From: Ostrea edulis | Taxonomy: Eukaryota | NCBI RefSeq assembly: GCF_947568905.1 | Contig: NC_079168.1 | Coordinates: forward strand, 43,958,001 to 44,022,000 | Reading direction: 5' to 3' | DNA length: 64,000 nucleotides | In this document: positions 51,421 to 64,000 of the stretch, one piece after another | Layout of the letters: each line of letters opens with the position of its first letter | Numbering within the stretch: the stretch's first letter is position 1 | Position numbers and translations under genes: made by a program | Notes under the pieces: generated by a model | What the model was told of the DNA's origin: nothing | What the model saw: the letters and a program-made list of their open reading frames with translations, nothing else | Database searches by the model: none

Positions 51421-53189
51421 AGATGTGCGTTTGTAGAGATTTTTTTTTTTAGAAAATTGGTAAAGAAACATTAAAAAGAGGAGAAGAAAAACGCTGAAAA
51501 GGGAAGAGAAAAGCGTTCTTATAATGCTTTTCTTCTTTCAAAACTCTACACGCCTAATGGTAATTAATTTCACATCTCAAACAGGGTTCATGAAAGTATC
51601 ACTCGGACGTAGAAGTTTTACCTTTAAAGTGGGGATATTAAATAGTTTTTGATGAAACAATTAAGAGTAGGAGGTTAATTAGCTTTTGATGATGCAGTGC
51701 AGTTTTCGCACCGTTTACAAAGTGAACACAACTGAAAACTACGATTAATTTAATTAGAGAGATGCCTTTCCACAAATTTTCATCGTCATGAGAATATGCA
51801 TGAACCCAATGAACCTACGTACATGAACACAAGTACCGTCTCGTTAAAGGTGAAAGGTTTAAGAAACACCGCCTCATACAATGAAATAAGAGAAGTTGCA
51901 TGCTCTAGTCCTACTGACATAGTGCTTGTAATTGTGTCACTGTCGTTATACGTCAACACATTCTGTGTTGTTTTTATCATCTTTTTATGAGCAACTGACC
52001 ATCGAATCAACCATATCCAGCACGACAGCGATCCATCACACAAGCTGTAGTCTATAAAGAATGAGATTATTGACCCAGACATATTGTATCATAAAAATAC
52101 ATCATTCTCCGTCGAGCTTAATTGCAGTTTTTTATTGAAGTGATGATTTCCAGATCATGGCAATGTATGTCCACGTCAGTGCAGTGACATTATTTATATA
52201 TTTACTTCAACATCAGTTTTCAAATATATACTGTGACGGTTTGGTTTTAGTAGTTATAACTCGTCATGACATTTTTTCGAGAAATATAAGTAATACATCT
52301 AAACAAGTTCACAAATTATCTCCAGCAATCTCAAAATCATTTTTAGACAAACTCGCAAACACTGCAGGTCATCGTCTTTAATCCCGCCCACGTTCTAACA
52401 CAATTAACCAATAGAAAAGGTTGAAAGCAACAAATATTTACATACGATTTGACGATACCAATTTCAAAGTAACACATCGTAGAATCACACACAAGTTATA
52501 AGACGATGGAACTGACGTATTTAGAGGGTGGTTATGGGAGTTGACCCTCCATTGATTGAACTAACTGTAAGCCATTTTGCGGTCTTCAACTCTCCATTTT
52601 TTCTGGGCCGAAGAGATATAAACTTGAGTTGTATGGCTAAAACCACAAATAAAATGAACACAGAACACCCATAACGATATCATACGTTTCTAGGAGAAAA
52701 AGAAAACCCTGGTAAGGATGGGTTCTTTTCATATTCATTGGACGCTTTGAGATGTGACATTTTGTGCGCAACAACTAAAGAAATATACATTTTTTGACAC
52801 AAAGAAAAATGGGTGATGCAGTTCCTGTTTTGTGTCAAGGTCACAATTTTCCCATGCCATCGCATTAGAGAAGAAATGAATTGTACAGAATAGTGATTGG
52901 TTTTAAAGTTATGTTTTAATTTGCAACTTAAACACAATGTATGAACATATTCTTTAAGTTTCGCAAAGCAGAATTGATCAACACTGGTAAATTCAATAAG
53001 ATACAAAGTAGACCGAATTTCCTCTGATAAGTTTTAGATTTCTTTTTCCACATTGATAACTCTTTTTTTATTCATTTTTTGTTTTTACTTTTTCACAACT
53101 GTGATAAGATGCATATCAAATATAGAAAAATTAAGGGTGTCACTGTCAGAATATACAAGAAAGAACTCGGAAAATAAATTTTTTTTCAA

Positions 53190-53560
53190 TTACCGCCGAG
53201 TTCTAGAGGGAGCATAGGTTGTTATGAGTTCCTGCAGATAGGATGGAGCCATGTTGTTGACTGTTTTATACACTAACACCAATGTTTTGAAGATGACTCT
53301 TTGCAGAACTGGCAGCCAATGGAGAGAGCGTAGTACTGGTGTAATGTTGTCATATTTGCGGGTGCCTGAGATGATTCTGGCTGCAGCGTTTTGGATGGAT
53401 TGGAGCCGCTAGATCTGCTTTGATGGTAAGCCGCAGTAGAGAGAGTTGCAGTAGTCCAGCTTTATTGTTATGAAGGCATGGACAACACATTCCAGCGATT
53501 CCCTGTCCAGATATCTCCTGAGCTGGCTCAGGTTGTTAAAGTGGATGAAGGCACCATGGT
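53190..53560 (-). mobile_element. L2 (LINE2) RT C-terminal fragment
   Basis: The minus strand reads LRRYLDRESLECVVHAFITIKLDYCNSLYCGLPSKQI*RLQSIQNAAARIISGTRKYDNITPVLRSLHWLPV, a typical L2 signature. Confidence 0.9.
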
Positions 53561-53569
53561 CATGGTAAA

Positions 53570-55269
53570 TTTCAGATATCCTGCACCCCTGGGGCCTTAG
53601 GGGCGGGGCAAAAATTGACCAATTTTCAAAAATCTTCTTCATCAGGACTACACGTGTAAGAAAATCTAAATGCATCGTGGTGTAGAGCAGGAAGATCTTT
53701 ACCAAAATTAAATTTCATGATCCCCAAGGTAGAGGTACAGACCCCAGGGCAGGGTCAAACTTGACATATAGTGTTTATGTGTGTAAAACACTTAAATAAC
53801 ATCTTCTGTACCGGTAGTGCTATTGATACTAAATAGATATTTAGAAAGAATAGGTAGTCCTTTACCAAAATTGTAAATTTGACGATCGCAGGGGTAGGGG
53901 TTTTGGTATCAGGATGGGGCCAAAATGGTCAATTATTAAATGTGTGAACAATTGAACATTTTTAACTTCTTGATAACTACTATTCCAATTCCTTTCAAAT
54001 TTGGTATGAAGCATCTTTGAGACAAGGAGGACATAAATTGTAAATTTCAGGACTCCTTGGGGCTTAGGGGCGTGGCAAAAATTGCCAAAATTTGACAATT
54101 TTTCAAAAACATTCTCTACAATTCCATATTTTTAAAGGGACATGGACACGCTTTGAGCTGAAAATTTTCACTTTTATTTCTCAGTTTTTAAAGTTTAGAA
54201 TGCTTAATGAAGGTATTTCTAGTGGTTAGCAAAAATTTGAATGCCAGTTGTCGAGGTACATGGGAGATACAGAGCTCACAATTCTTTGTTATGTAAACAA
54301 GGCTCGTGCCATGATTTTGGTTACATACGTTAAAAATACAAGTAAAGGTTCCTTTAAAGCAGATTTTTAAATTTACAAGTTAATTCTGAACAAAATTAAA
54401 TAGTTTCTAGTGTTTAGCACATCTCATTTTGCTTTAAACATGCTATTTTCTATAAAGTAATTTATATGTAAACCAAAACATGGCACGAGCCTTGTTTTGG
54501 TTGACCTATAGAAATACTTTAGTTAAACATTGTAAACAATAAAAATGGAAAAATAAATTGTGAACATTTTCTGCTCAAATCGATCGTGACCATGCCCCGT
54601 TAAGAAAAAATAAATGCGAGGTGATATAGGCGTAGTGATATAGAGCAGGAAGGCCTCTACCAAAATTGTAAATTTCATGATCCCCGGCGTAGGGGTTCTG
54701 ACCCCAGGGTGGGGCCAAACTTGGTATATATAGGTTTTTTTTCAAAACATGTAAATGATATCTGCTTTAATGCTATTAATACTAAATTGAAACTATATGG
54801 GTATTTAGAAGGAGTAGGTAGTCCTTTACCAAAATTGTAAATTTCATGATCCTAGGGGGTAAGGGTTTGGTTCCAGGGTGGAGCCAAAATTATTATAGTA
54901 ATTATTGTCTTTATCATTTGAAGGACTTTTTAAAATACTGATACAGTATAAAAACTAAATGCATATTTAGAAAAAGCAGAAAAGATCATGTCCTAAAGAT
55001 GGTGAATTTCGCAGCCCCGGGGTTTTCACTTTAGGGTGGGTCCAAATTAGTGAGATCTTTTAATGCTGATACATATATTATGCAAATCCTTTCATCAGTA
55101 TATGCACTTTTGAGGGCATTGAACTTTTAAGAACATATCTTGTTTTATACTGTTGCTGAATATTGGAAGTTAGCTTAGATATTCAGAACATGATAGTTTT
55201 TCTAGATTTCATAGCCCTTGGAACTAGTGATACTTTTAACTAGTACTCAGGTGACCGATAAGGCCTGTG
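53570..55269 (-). mobile_element. HINE-like element with ~165-170-bp internal tandem units, interrupted by a MITE
   Basis: accaaaattgtaaatttcatgatcccc recurs near 53701, 53864, 54659 and 54830. The terminus matches 50905-50985 in reverse. The unit length resembles the oyster Cg170 repeat, but identity was not verified. Confidence 0.7.
54136..54599. mobile_element. TTAA-flanked MITE (Kolobok/piggyBac-type, non-autonomous)
   Basis: TTAA at 54132-54135 and 54600-54603. Imperfect ~35-bp TIRs run agggacatggacacgctttgagctgaaaattttcac / gtgaacattttctgctcaaatcgatcgtgaccatgccccg. Confidence 0.75.
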
Positions 55270-56124
55270 ATACGCTGCAAAATATTGGGACAGATTGTTT
55301 GACTGATTATGTGACGCTTTTTGTCGTGAAAAAGATTTTTAAAGGGTCAAAATACGCCCTTTTCATTTCATATCCTTCACATCCCCCCCTTTTTTCATGC
55401 TGCTTTCGTATAAGAAGTGTAATAAATTGAAGTGCAATTGACTAAATTCATAAGATTAAAAGACTATCCTTTAAAAGACTGAATCTGAATTGACATACAT
55501 ACATTGTATGACATCAGGCAGAAATGAATTCATACGGTAACCTTTTTTGTGGACTAAGCTTCATTTGTAAACTGTCAAACAAAAGACCGTTGTTTCGTGT
55601 TTTGCCAGCAGACTTATAAACCAGTTGATTCGTTCACTTGTTATGTCACATCCGCGTTTTATGAAAATTAAAACCCAAACGTGTTTTCGACCGTTGTATA
55701 ATAATTCATATTTTCTTTCTCTTCATTTTCCGCAATATGAAGTTAAAAACATGACTTTAAGGGGTGAATTAGTAATATGTGTCACTTTTGTTGTATTTGC
55801 ATTTGTATATGTCAACTTCATTTAAAAGTTACATGCTAATAACCAGCAGTTGTGTGTACATCTTACAGGTGAATTCAGTCAGAGTTTATTTTGCTGTATC
55901 GCAATGTAATTATTTTACATGTTAAAACATCAGTCTGATGCATTAGCTTGCCGCATTATTTGATTGAATGCCTAGGTCACTGCAGAAACTGGCAAGGGTA
56001 AAGTGCGTTACCCTAGTCCAAAATAGCGACAGGCAAATACGCTTCCACTTTTTTCGTGAAATATTGATGTTTTCTGTCTTGAGTTCTTAATTCATTTTGT
56101 ACCAATTACACAGGTATTGTTAGT

Positions 56125-56363
56125 TCAAATGCTGTCTGACGAGTTAGACCGTTCTTGGCACACTGATTTTGACAACGGATTACTCCGTTTACCTGATCAA
56201 GATATAGGCTCACGGCGGTAGTGACCGGTCGACAGGATATGCGTACTCCTCCTAGTCACCTGATCCCACCTCTGGTGTGTCCAGGGGTCCTTATTTGCCC
56301 AACTTTCTATTTTGTATTGCTTATAGGAGTTATGAGATTGATCACTGTACGTTATCTTCACCT
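56125..56363 (+). mobile_element. Solo 3' end of the Penelope-like family
   Basis: It matches 59935-60190 including the last RT codons (caaatgctgtctgac) and the terminus gttatcttcacct. Confidence 0.88.
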
Positions 56364-57409
56364 TTTTTAAAATGCCCATCTGGAGATTTTATTTAAATTG
56401 CACGTATTTAACAAGGAAACTCGAAGTTTTGCTGCAGATTAGGTTTAAGTTTTGGACTGTTGATGCACGATTTTCGTAAAGTTTTTTTTTTCGCGATTAG
56501 GGTAAAGTTATTTATCGTACATTCAAATATGCAATGTTTTTATTTTTTACTTATATTGAACTGTAAAAAGCAGTTTATGCGAATAGAGTTCATTAGATGT
56601 ACGTAGAGGTTGAGGTCTTACATTCAAATAATCTTATATAATGCTGACTGGCTTGATATTAGAGTGGAACTTGTTGTTTTCAATAATGATAATTTCCCCT
56701 TTGCCACATCGATTGTAAACTTTTTTCCATCTTTTTTCAAATGAATAAGAATTCAAGTTGCATATAATTATAAAATCTTACTAATTTTTAACGGTATGTC
56801 ATATTTTTCATTTCATATCCGTTATTTTTTGTCATATGGGGAATATAATGTATTCATTTATTAATCTGTCGTGAAATTTACATTTTCCTTGGTGTACTGT
56901 ATTGCATGTACATGTAAACTCTCTGTGAATGTCACCAACATAAAATGCGTTTTCCAGGAGGACAATGGAGATCACAAACAAATACGTGTATCTTGCAGAT
57001 TGTAACTCAGCTCATGGATGAATGCTCAAAAATGAACAATAGAAACAAACAAAATTGAACGGTAGCATTAGAGAGACGATAGTATTATTTTGTTTGAAGG
57101 AAAAGGTGTGGGAAAGTTCGATTAAAGTGAATTTAGAAAAGACGCATGCGTCATACGGGGAATAATCCTTATTGTAGGGATGTGAAAAAGTCAGACTAGA
57201 AAAGGATACAAGAGTTATCCATCTTATATTTCATAACAAACCTAAGTCTAACCAGTAAAAATGTTTTAGCACACTGAAACTGATGTATCCCCTTCCATTT
57301 CCATAGTTTTTAAAACACATTTTTAGGAATTATCATTCAAGTGGAAAATTAAGTCTTACGGTACATAACATTCGCCTATGTGTATATGTGCTTCAAAGAA
57401 GGAACAGTG

Positions 57410-57920
57410 TAATCTCAGCGAGATTCATCGAGAGTAAATATTTGGACTGACGCCTCTTCTCAACACTGAAGAGTTCCGATATACTATTTCATGTGTGTAA
57501 ATACAAAACTTACTGATTGACAATTACTTTGTATAAAAATTAAAAGCAATAAAAAGAAAACTGTGTAATATCTAATCAATCTATTTGAAGGCGTCCTAAA
57601 CTATCAGAACTCTTCTGTGTTGAAAAGGTAAATATGAAATGGTGGCCGTTTCCAACGGCTTCGAAAATAGCCAACTTGATTTACGGTGGAATTTACACTA
57701 TGTAAAGGTAAGAAATGCATGTTTTATTGTGATGGGGAGTTAATAGGATGTCTAAGGCGAAAAGTTGAAGCGGACAAGAAATTCAGTTTAACCCATTTTA
57801 ATCGCAATAAGCTGCCGAAGTTCAGGCAAGAGTTCCCGAATCGCTTTGTGTGACACAGGTCTGAGATTCGGAAGAGGCGTCAGTCCAAATATCCAGCCTC
57901 AACGAATCTCGCTGAGATTA
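57410..57920. mobile_element. MITE with ~60-bp TIRs and a 9-11-bp TSD (Mutator-like)
   Basis: TIRs are taatctcagcgagattc...tatttggactgacgcctcttc and gaagaggcgtcagtccaaata...gaatctcgctgagatta. GGAACAGTG is duplicated at 57401-57409 and 57921-57929. Confidence 0.88.
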
Positions 57921-58375
57921 GGAACAGTGTTGTGAACACATGATAGTAAATTAAACTTACCAACATACCAGATATCAAAGGCCTATTTCAAAAGACAAAA
58001 AAGTTAAAATGGTCCAGACAAAAAAGAATGCTAAAAATTCTATTATTTGACCTTTACATAAAAGGTTAGGGTCAAAGGTCAGCAAAAATGGCACGCGGCA
58101 CACTGTCAACACACATACCAAAAATTTATGGTTCGGACAAAATAAATGCTTAAAAACCTCTACATAAAAAGTCAATAACAAAAGTCAGGAAATAAAAATG
58201 ACACGCGACACACTGTCTAATCATGGTATACCCATATATCAAATACCTACCCCCATATATTATTTGGTCTTTACATAAAAGGTCAATATCAAAGGTCAGC
58301 AACAATACCACGCGACACACTGTGATATCATGGTATAACCACATACCAAATATCAAAGGACTATGTCAAAAGACA

Positions 58376-61300
58376 TGAATGCAAAAGTTGGATCCAGCAA
58401 CATGCATTATGATAGAGCAATGGGAAAACATGGTTGTGGCTGCATGAATGAAAATGGTGAAAGATTAGCAAAGTTCTGTACCACAGATAACTATGTCATG
58501 GGAGATACCCTTTTTCCACATCGTGACATCCATAAACTTACCTGGTATTCTCCCAGCCTTAAAGACAAGAACCAGATTGACCACATCATGATAAATGGAA
58601 CCTGGAGACGATCTCTGCTAGATGTAAGAGTCAAAAGAGGTGCTGATATAGAGAGTGACCACCATCTAGTAACTGCTCTTATCAAACTGAAACTTCGAGG
58701 GACTAAGCAAGTGAAAACAACAGTTAGACGTTTCGATATTGATAGGCTCAAAGATACCAGAGTCAAGAATGAATTGTCCATCCAAGTCAAAAACAGATTT
58801 CGAGCACTTCAAAACCTACCACAACTAGATGAAAGAGACTCCATTGATAAAAAATGGGAAAGAGTGGCCGATATATACAGAAAAAGCAGCAGTGAAAAAT
58901 GTATTCTACTCTACCAAGCCCTTATCTTTGCTCTTCACGAAAATATTAACAGCTGTGAAGGAGAAACTTCAAACTTACTGTGCGACTACATATGCCAGAA
59001 GTGGTGTTAATCAAATGTGGATTCTATAAAATTCTAAAGAACTTTTAGTAAACTTGAAATCGCAGAATTTTTCCCAAATCAATAACATTAAAACCTATGA
59101 CTTTTCAACACTATACACGACCATTCCTCACGATAAATTAAAGACTAGACATTTTGACATCATAGACGGTTGCTTCTTCGACAAAAACGGAAATATTCAT
59201 ATCTAGTGATCAGTCATTCAAAAACTTACTTTGTTAAACACCACTCTGATTCCACGCACAAGTACTCTGAAGTTGAAATAAAAAATATGCTAGAGTTCCT
59301 CATTGACAATATCTTCGTGGTCTTTGGTGATCAGGTCTTCCAACAGTCTGTTGGAATTCCCATGGGCACGAATTGTGCTCCTTTGTTAGCTGACCTGTTT
59401 CTATATTTATATGAAGCAGAATTTATTCAAAAACTTCTACTCGAGAAGAAAAAATCTCTCGCTGTGGCCTTCAATTTGACATTTAGATATATCGTTGACG
59501 TTTTGTCTATTAACAATAATAGCTTTCATTCATATGTCGATTTGATATATCCCTGTGAGCTCGAAATAAAGGACACCACAGAGTCGTCCACTTCTGCTTC
59601 ATACTTAAGATATTTTATTGAAAGTAGACATTAACAGCAAATTGACAACTCAACTGTATGACAAACGGGATGCTTTCAGATTCTCCATCGTCAACTTCCC
59701 ATATTTATGTACATGTAGCAATATTCCATTATCACATGCATATGGTGTTTATATATCTCACCTGTTTCGATATGCAAGATCTTGTTCTGCGTATAGTCAG
59801 TTTTTAAATCGAGGTAAGCTACTGACAAACAAGTTGATGGTACAGGGGTTTCAACAGTCTCGATTGAAGTCAGCATTTCTCAAATTCTATGGTCGTTATA
59901 ACGATCTAGTTCGTCAATACCACCTCGCATTGGGTCAAATGCTGTCTGACGTGTTTCATACCGATTATTAAGCCGTTCTTGGTACACTGATTTTGACTGC
60001 GGATAACTCCGTTTACCTGATCAGGATATAGGGCTAACGGCGGGTGTGACCGGTCAACAGGAGATGCTTACTCCTCTTAGGCACCTGATCCCACCTCTGG
60101 TGTGTCCAGGGGTCCATGTTTGGCCAACTATCTATTTTGTATTGCTTATAGGAGTTATGAGATTGATCACTGTTCGTTATCTTCACCTTGCATTGGTTTT
60201 AGGCAACAACAGAAAATCAAGGACTGGATAACACCTGACGCATGGGCAAAGATCAGTGCAAGAAGAGATATAAAATAGAAAATGAATGAGGCTAAATCAT
60301 CTCAACTGAAAGAAAGGTTACAACTTGAATATAGTGAAATACAACGGAATGTGAAGAAAATGACCCGAACAGATAAAAGATCATACATGGATAATTTGAC
60401 ATCAAAAACAGAGGAAGCAGCAAATAAAGGAGAACAAGGCAACCTATATAAAATTACAAAGACTATCTGTGGTAAGAGCAAGACATCCTCAAAAGTACCT
60501 ATCAAAGACAAACAAGGGAACTATTAACATCAGAAAAAGAACGAGATATTCGCTGGACAGAACATTTTAAAGAAATACTGAATAGACCTTCTCCTCTTCA
60601 AGAACCAGAAATCCAGGAGCTTGATGAAGATCTTGATATCAGCATAGAACCACCAAATAAATCTGAAATTATAGCTGTCATTAAGAGTTTAAAGAATGGA
60701 AAAGCACCAGGCTGTGACAATCTAAATGCAGAATTTTCAAAACAGACTCGGTAACAGCAGCAAACATCCTGCATCCCATCTTTCATGAAATCTTGAAAGA
60801 AACAATATTACAAGAAGAATGAAATAAAGACAAAATCATCAGAATTCCAAAAAGGGGCCACGAAGTGATTGCAACAACTGGCGTGGAATTACATTGCTCT
60901 CTATCCCAAGCAAGATAATGGCCAAAATCATCATTAAACGAATATCAAATGCGATTGACAACTTATTGCGAAACGAACAAGCAGGTTTTCGCCCAGGTAG
61001 AGGATGCACACAGACCAAACATTTATACTACGCAATATCATTGAACAATGTTATGAATGGCAAAGACAACTTTACATCAATTGTGTTGACTTTGAGAGAG
61101 CATTCGATAGCATCCACAGAGAAAGCCTATGGAAGATTGTTAGATCTTATGGAGTGCCGCAACACCTTATCCAGCTAATAAATAGTTTCTACAACAATTT
61201 CAAGTGTACAGTTGGTAGCAGTGATCTACACTTCCAAGTAAAAACAGGTGTCCGTCAAGGATGTGTTATGTTATCAACACATTTTATTATACCCATTAAC

Positions 61301-62018
61301 TGGTAATGCGTCAGATTCTAACAGAGGCATTAGATGGGGCATACATTCAAGACTAGAAGATCTAGACTTCGTCGATGACATTGACATGCTCTTTCACACG
61401 CATTAGCACATACAAGAGAAAACCTACAGGCTACAAAATTATGCAGGACAAATTGGATTGAATATCAACGTCAAGAAGACAGAAATCATGACATTGAACA
61501 TCAGTAGACCATCACCAGTCATGTTAGGCGAGCAAGAACTGCCGAATGCCAACACTTTTACATACCTTGGCAGCGTGGTAAGCACAGATGGTGGTGCAGA
61601 GGCAAGTATCCAACTAAGACTCTGCAAAGCAAGGACATACTTCAAGAACCTACAAACTGTAGGGAGATCAGGACAGTACACCATCCGCACTAAACTCCAT
61701 CTTTATAGAAGTTGCATCCTGCCAATATTATTATAGATGTCAACAAGAAGACATGGCCATGATCATAACAAAGAGACGATGGGAATGGATAGGCCATGTC
61801 CTTCGTAAATACCAAGATAACATCTCAAGAACAGCCTTGTTTTGGACACCTGAGGGAAAACGAAAGACAGGAAGGCCTAAGATAACATGCAGAGGAACAG
61901 TAGAAGCAGAGATGAAATCTTGCCATCAAACCTGGGGAACTTTGCAAAAGAAGGCAACCGACAGACAGGGATGGAGATACTTCGTTGCTGCCCTACACAC
62001 CAGAGAGCGTAATGGCAG
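58376..62018 (+). mobile_element. RTE-clade LINE, 5'-truncated and mutated
   Basis: TSD TATGTCAAAAGACA at 58362-58375 and 62019-62032. APE motifs: NAKVG, NENGERL, TWYSP, NQIDH, SDHHLV. RT motifs: WRGITLLS, EQAGFR, VDFERAFDS, GVRQGC, FTYLGS. The end reads WEWIGHVLR...GKRKTGRPK. Multiple stops and frameshifts, plus a deletion near 61740. Confidence 0.92.
58903..60192 (+). mobile_element. Penelope-like (Naiad-type) element nested in the RTE, 5'-truncated
   Basis: Translation gives STKPLSLL...TYDFSTLYTTIPH...GIPMGTNCAPLLADLFLY...FRYIVDVL...FHTDY*, followed by a ~220-bp 3' segment. The RTE frame (SSEKC | IGFRQQQK) resumes at ~60192. Confidence 0.92.
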
Positions 62019-62179
62019 TATGTCAAAAGACAAAACAGTTATGGTCCGGACAAAATAAATGCCAAAAATTCTATTATGGAACCTTTACATAAAAGGGCAA
62101 GGTCATCAAAATGGTACGCGACACACTGTCTTATCAAAGCCCTCAAAAGACAAAAAAGTTATGGCCCGGAAAGTAGAAG

Positions 62180-62448
62180 ATTGATTGATTGATTTTATAT
62201 TGTTTAAAGTCCCATTCAAGAATGTTTCCCTCATATAAATACGTCACCACTGCCGGTGAAAGACTGCAAAATTTAGGTCTATGCTCGTCACCATGGCCTT
62301 TGAGCAGGGAGGGATCTTTGTCGTGCCACACCTGCTGTGACACAGGTCCTCCGTTTTTACAGTCTCATCCGAAGGGTCGTCCCATTTAGTTGCCTCTACC
62401 GACAAGCAAGGGGTACTGAGGACCTATTCTAACCCGGATCCCCACGGG
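62180..62448 (-). mobile_element. tRNA-less SINE (family B), complete copy
   Basis: Same head and (CAAT)n tail as 44572-44837. Confidence 0.87.
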
Positions 62449-63512
62449 AGAGAAGAAGATGATTATAATGATGAAGAAGAATTCACACTAAAATAATATG
62501 TCCCCCTTCCCCAGAAGGGGGGACATAAGCGAATTCTTAAAAGAACTTTCCGAATTTCAAAGCCGAGTTTAGACTAGTAGTCTAGGTTTAAAATTTTAAA
62601 TCCCAACAAGGACTGTAGACCAGGCCTGGATTTCTCGAAATAAATTTAAGTCGAAACTTAAATCGTGAGCTCATACTCAAATTTTGACGGCTCAAATAGA
62701 GGAAAACTCAAATTTAGATATTTTCGAGAAATATCCATGCGTGGATGTGACTTTGATTTAGCTCCCTTTCCTCGTTGTCATGATGTAAACTGTGCGCAAT
62801 GTAGCGCGAAAAGCAACAATGACTCTGAAGTTTCCCTGTCTGAGGGATTTAATGTAATGTAAACGTGTCCAGTGGTGAAGTTTTCCCCCTGATACCGACT
62901 GTGAATCCGAATCTCAGTCATCATTATATACACTGGACAGTCAGTCAGTTGAGCAACACTGCTTTTTGGTCTTATAAACTTCACAACATATATATACAAT
63001 GTAGAGTTTAAAGAAAAAAGCATGATCACGATCCCCTAGACCATGTATATCGCTACTTTCAGCTGATGTTACCACCAACAACTTTTGGAAATGTAGGAAA
63101 CAGATATGCAGAACAAACAGCGGAGTGCTGGACAGGATGATATTAACTGAACCCCATTAAACAATTCAATATAAAGAGGACACAATTAAATAATATTTGT
63201 AAAATAAGAGTTATAATTTTCGATCCGTTTTTTTTTTTATGTGATGAAAGGTGATTTATTTCCAGTATGTGCTTTGATATAGTATCGCATATAATAGATA
63301 TTTACCCCTTTTTTGACTGGTTTTGGAACTTTATAACGCCATATTCTTTTAAATTCAACTTTGTTCGTGCATTGTATTTTGAACAATATTTTTGTAGACT
63401 TTTACAGCCGGACATGGATGCGTTGTGAACCGAATGGTTACACTTAAACACATGATTATCGCCTATTATGAAATTTGCAATTTGGGGCAGATATTATAAA
63501 GTATAAAATGTG

Positions 63513-63682
63513 CACACTGATTTTGACTACGGATAACTCCGTTTACCTGATCAAGATATTGGGCTCATGGCGGATGTGACAGGTCGACAGGGGATGCTTA
63601 CTCAGTGTTTGCCCAACTCTCTGTTTTGTATCGCTTATAGGAGTTATGAGATTGATCACTGTTCATTATCTTCACCTTTCAT
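63513..63682 (+). mobile_element. Solo 3' end of the Penelope-like family, internally deleted
   Basis: cacactgattttgactacggataactccgtttacctgatcaag...gagattgatcactgttcattatcttcacctttcat. Confidence 0.85.
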
Positions 63683-63784
63683 ACGAAAAGCGTGAAAATG
63701 TCAATATTGTTATTTTCACAGTGATGGAATAACACTAAAGAAACTTATTCAATTGACAACAATTCCTCAAGAACTTTGAAAGAG

Positions 63785-63890
63785 AAAGGCGGATTTGAGA
63801 ATATTTACATCGGACCAGATCTCACCAAGATGCAAAGTGAAGAAGACATAACCGGAGAAGTGAGCTGCGAAGCAGAAAGAATGACGTGGA
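63785..63890 (+). mobile_element. CR1-group LINE ORF1 relic
   Basis: Translates as GFENIYIGPDLTKMQSEED, resembling the I-x-PDLT-x2-QREE motif of CR1-group ORF1 ends. The match is short. Confidence 0.5.
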
Positions 63891-64000
63891 AACCGAGGAA
63901 GAATTGTTCGTGAACATGATACAAATTCAGCTTCCTAAATCAAAACATTGTAAAAACACGTCCAGAAAACAAAAATTGAATATATTCATTGAATACAAAA

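Larger units (their letters stand above)
57960..62528 (+). mobile_element. HINE/Helentron-type host element (57960-58375 and 62019-62528) split by an RTE and a SINE
   Basis: caaaggtca / acgcgacacactgt units occur on both sides of the RTE. A terminal hairpin atgtccccctt-ccccag-aaggggggacat lies near 62499-62527. Confidence 0.7.

Noticed and set aside
58903-60192. Selenoprotein-type Naiad (in-frame TGA plus SECIS)
   Set aside because: The stops I checked are TAA or frameshifts, Cys codons are TGT/TGC, and no AUGA-AA-GA SECIS fold was evident in the 3' segment. A consensus-level check would be needed to exclude it fully.
59975-60192. Canonical hammerhead ribozyme in the Penelope-like 3' end
   Set aside because: CTGATCA occurs instead of CTGATGA and there is no properly placed GAAA.

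Overview
AT-rich eukaryotic genomic DNA, most consistent with a bivalve and probably an oyster. This is inferred from the repeat families, not confirmed. The window is dominated by transposable elements and tandem repeats. It holds one well-supported host gene: an apparently single-exon secreted chitin/polysaccharide deacetylase (CE4 family, 39485-41410, +) with a long Gln/Arg/Ser/Thr-rich tail. Mobile elements: a near-intact full-length 5.3-kb LINE with a target-site duplication (TSD) (15557-20889); a 5'-truncated RTE LINE carrying a nested Penelope-like element inside a Helentron-type repeat (58376-62018); seven pieces of a Penelope-like (Naiad-type) family; a decayed DIRS element; several SINEs and MITEs; and CR1/L2 relics. 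Tandem repeats: a 10.2-kb 33-bp satellite with higher-order structure, directly followed by a second, homologous 33-bp array; a phased GATATC palindrome array; and several minisatellites. Most long ORFs in the supplied track between 26 and 36.5 kb are satellite translations. The best candidates for something undescribed are a tRNA-less SINE whose three copies all begin at the same structured 5' head (possible ribozyme), the paired 33-bp arrays, the palindrome array and the deacetylase tail. All alignments and counts were done by eye and boundaries are approximate unless a TSD is quoted.
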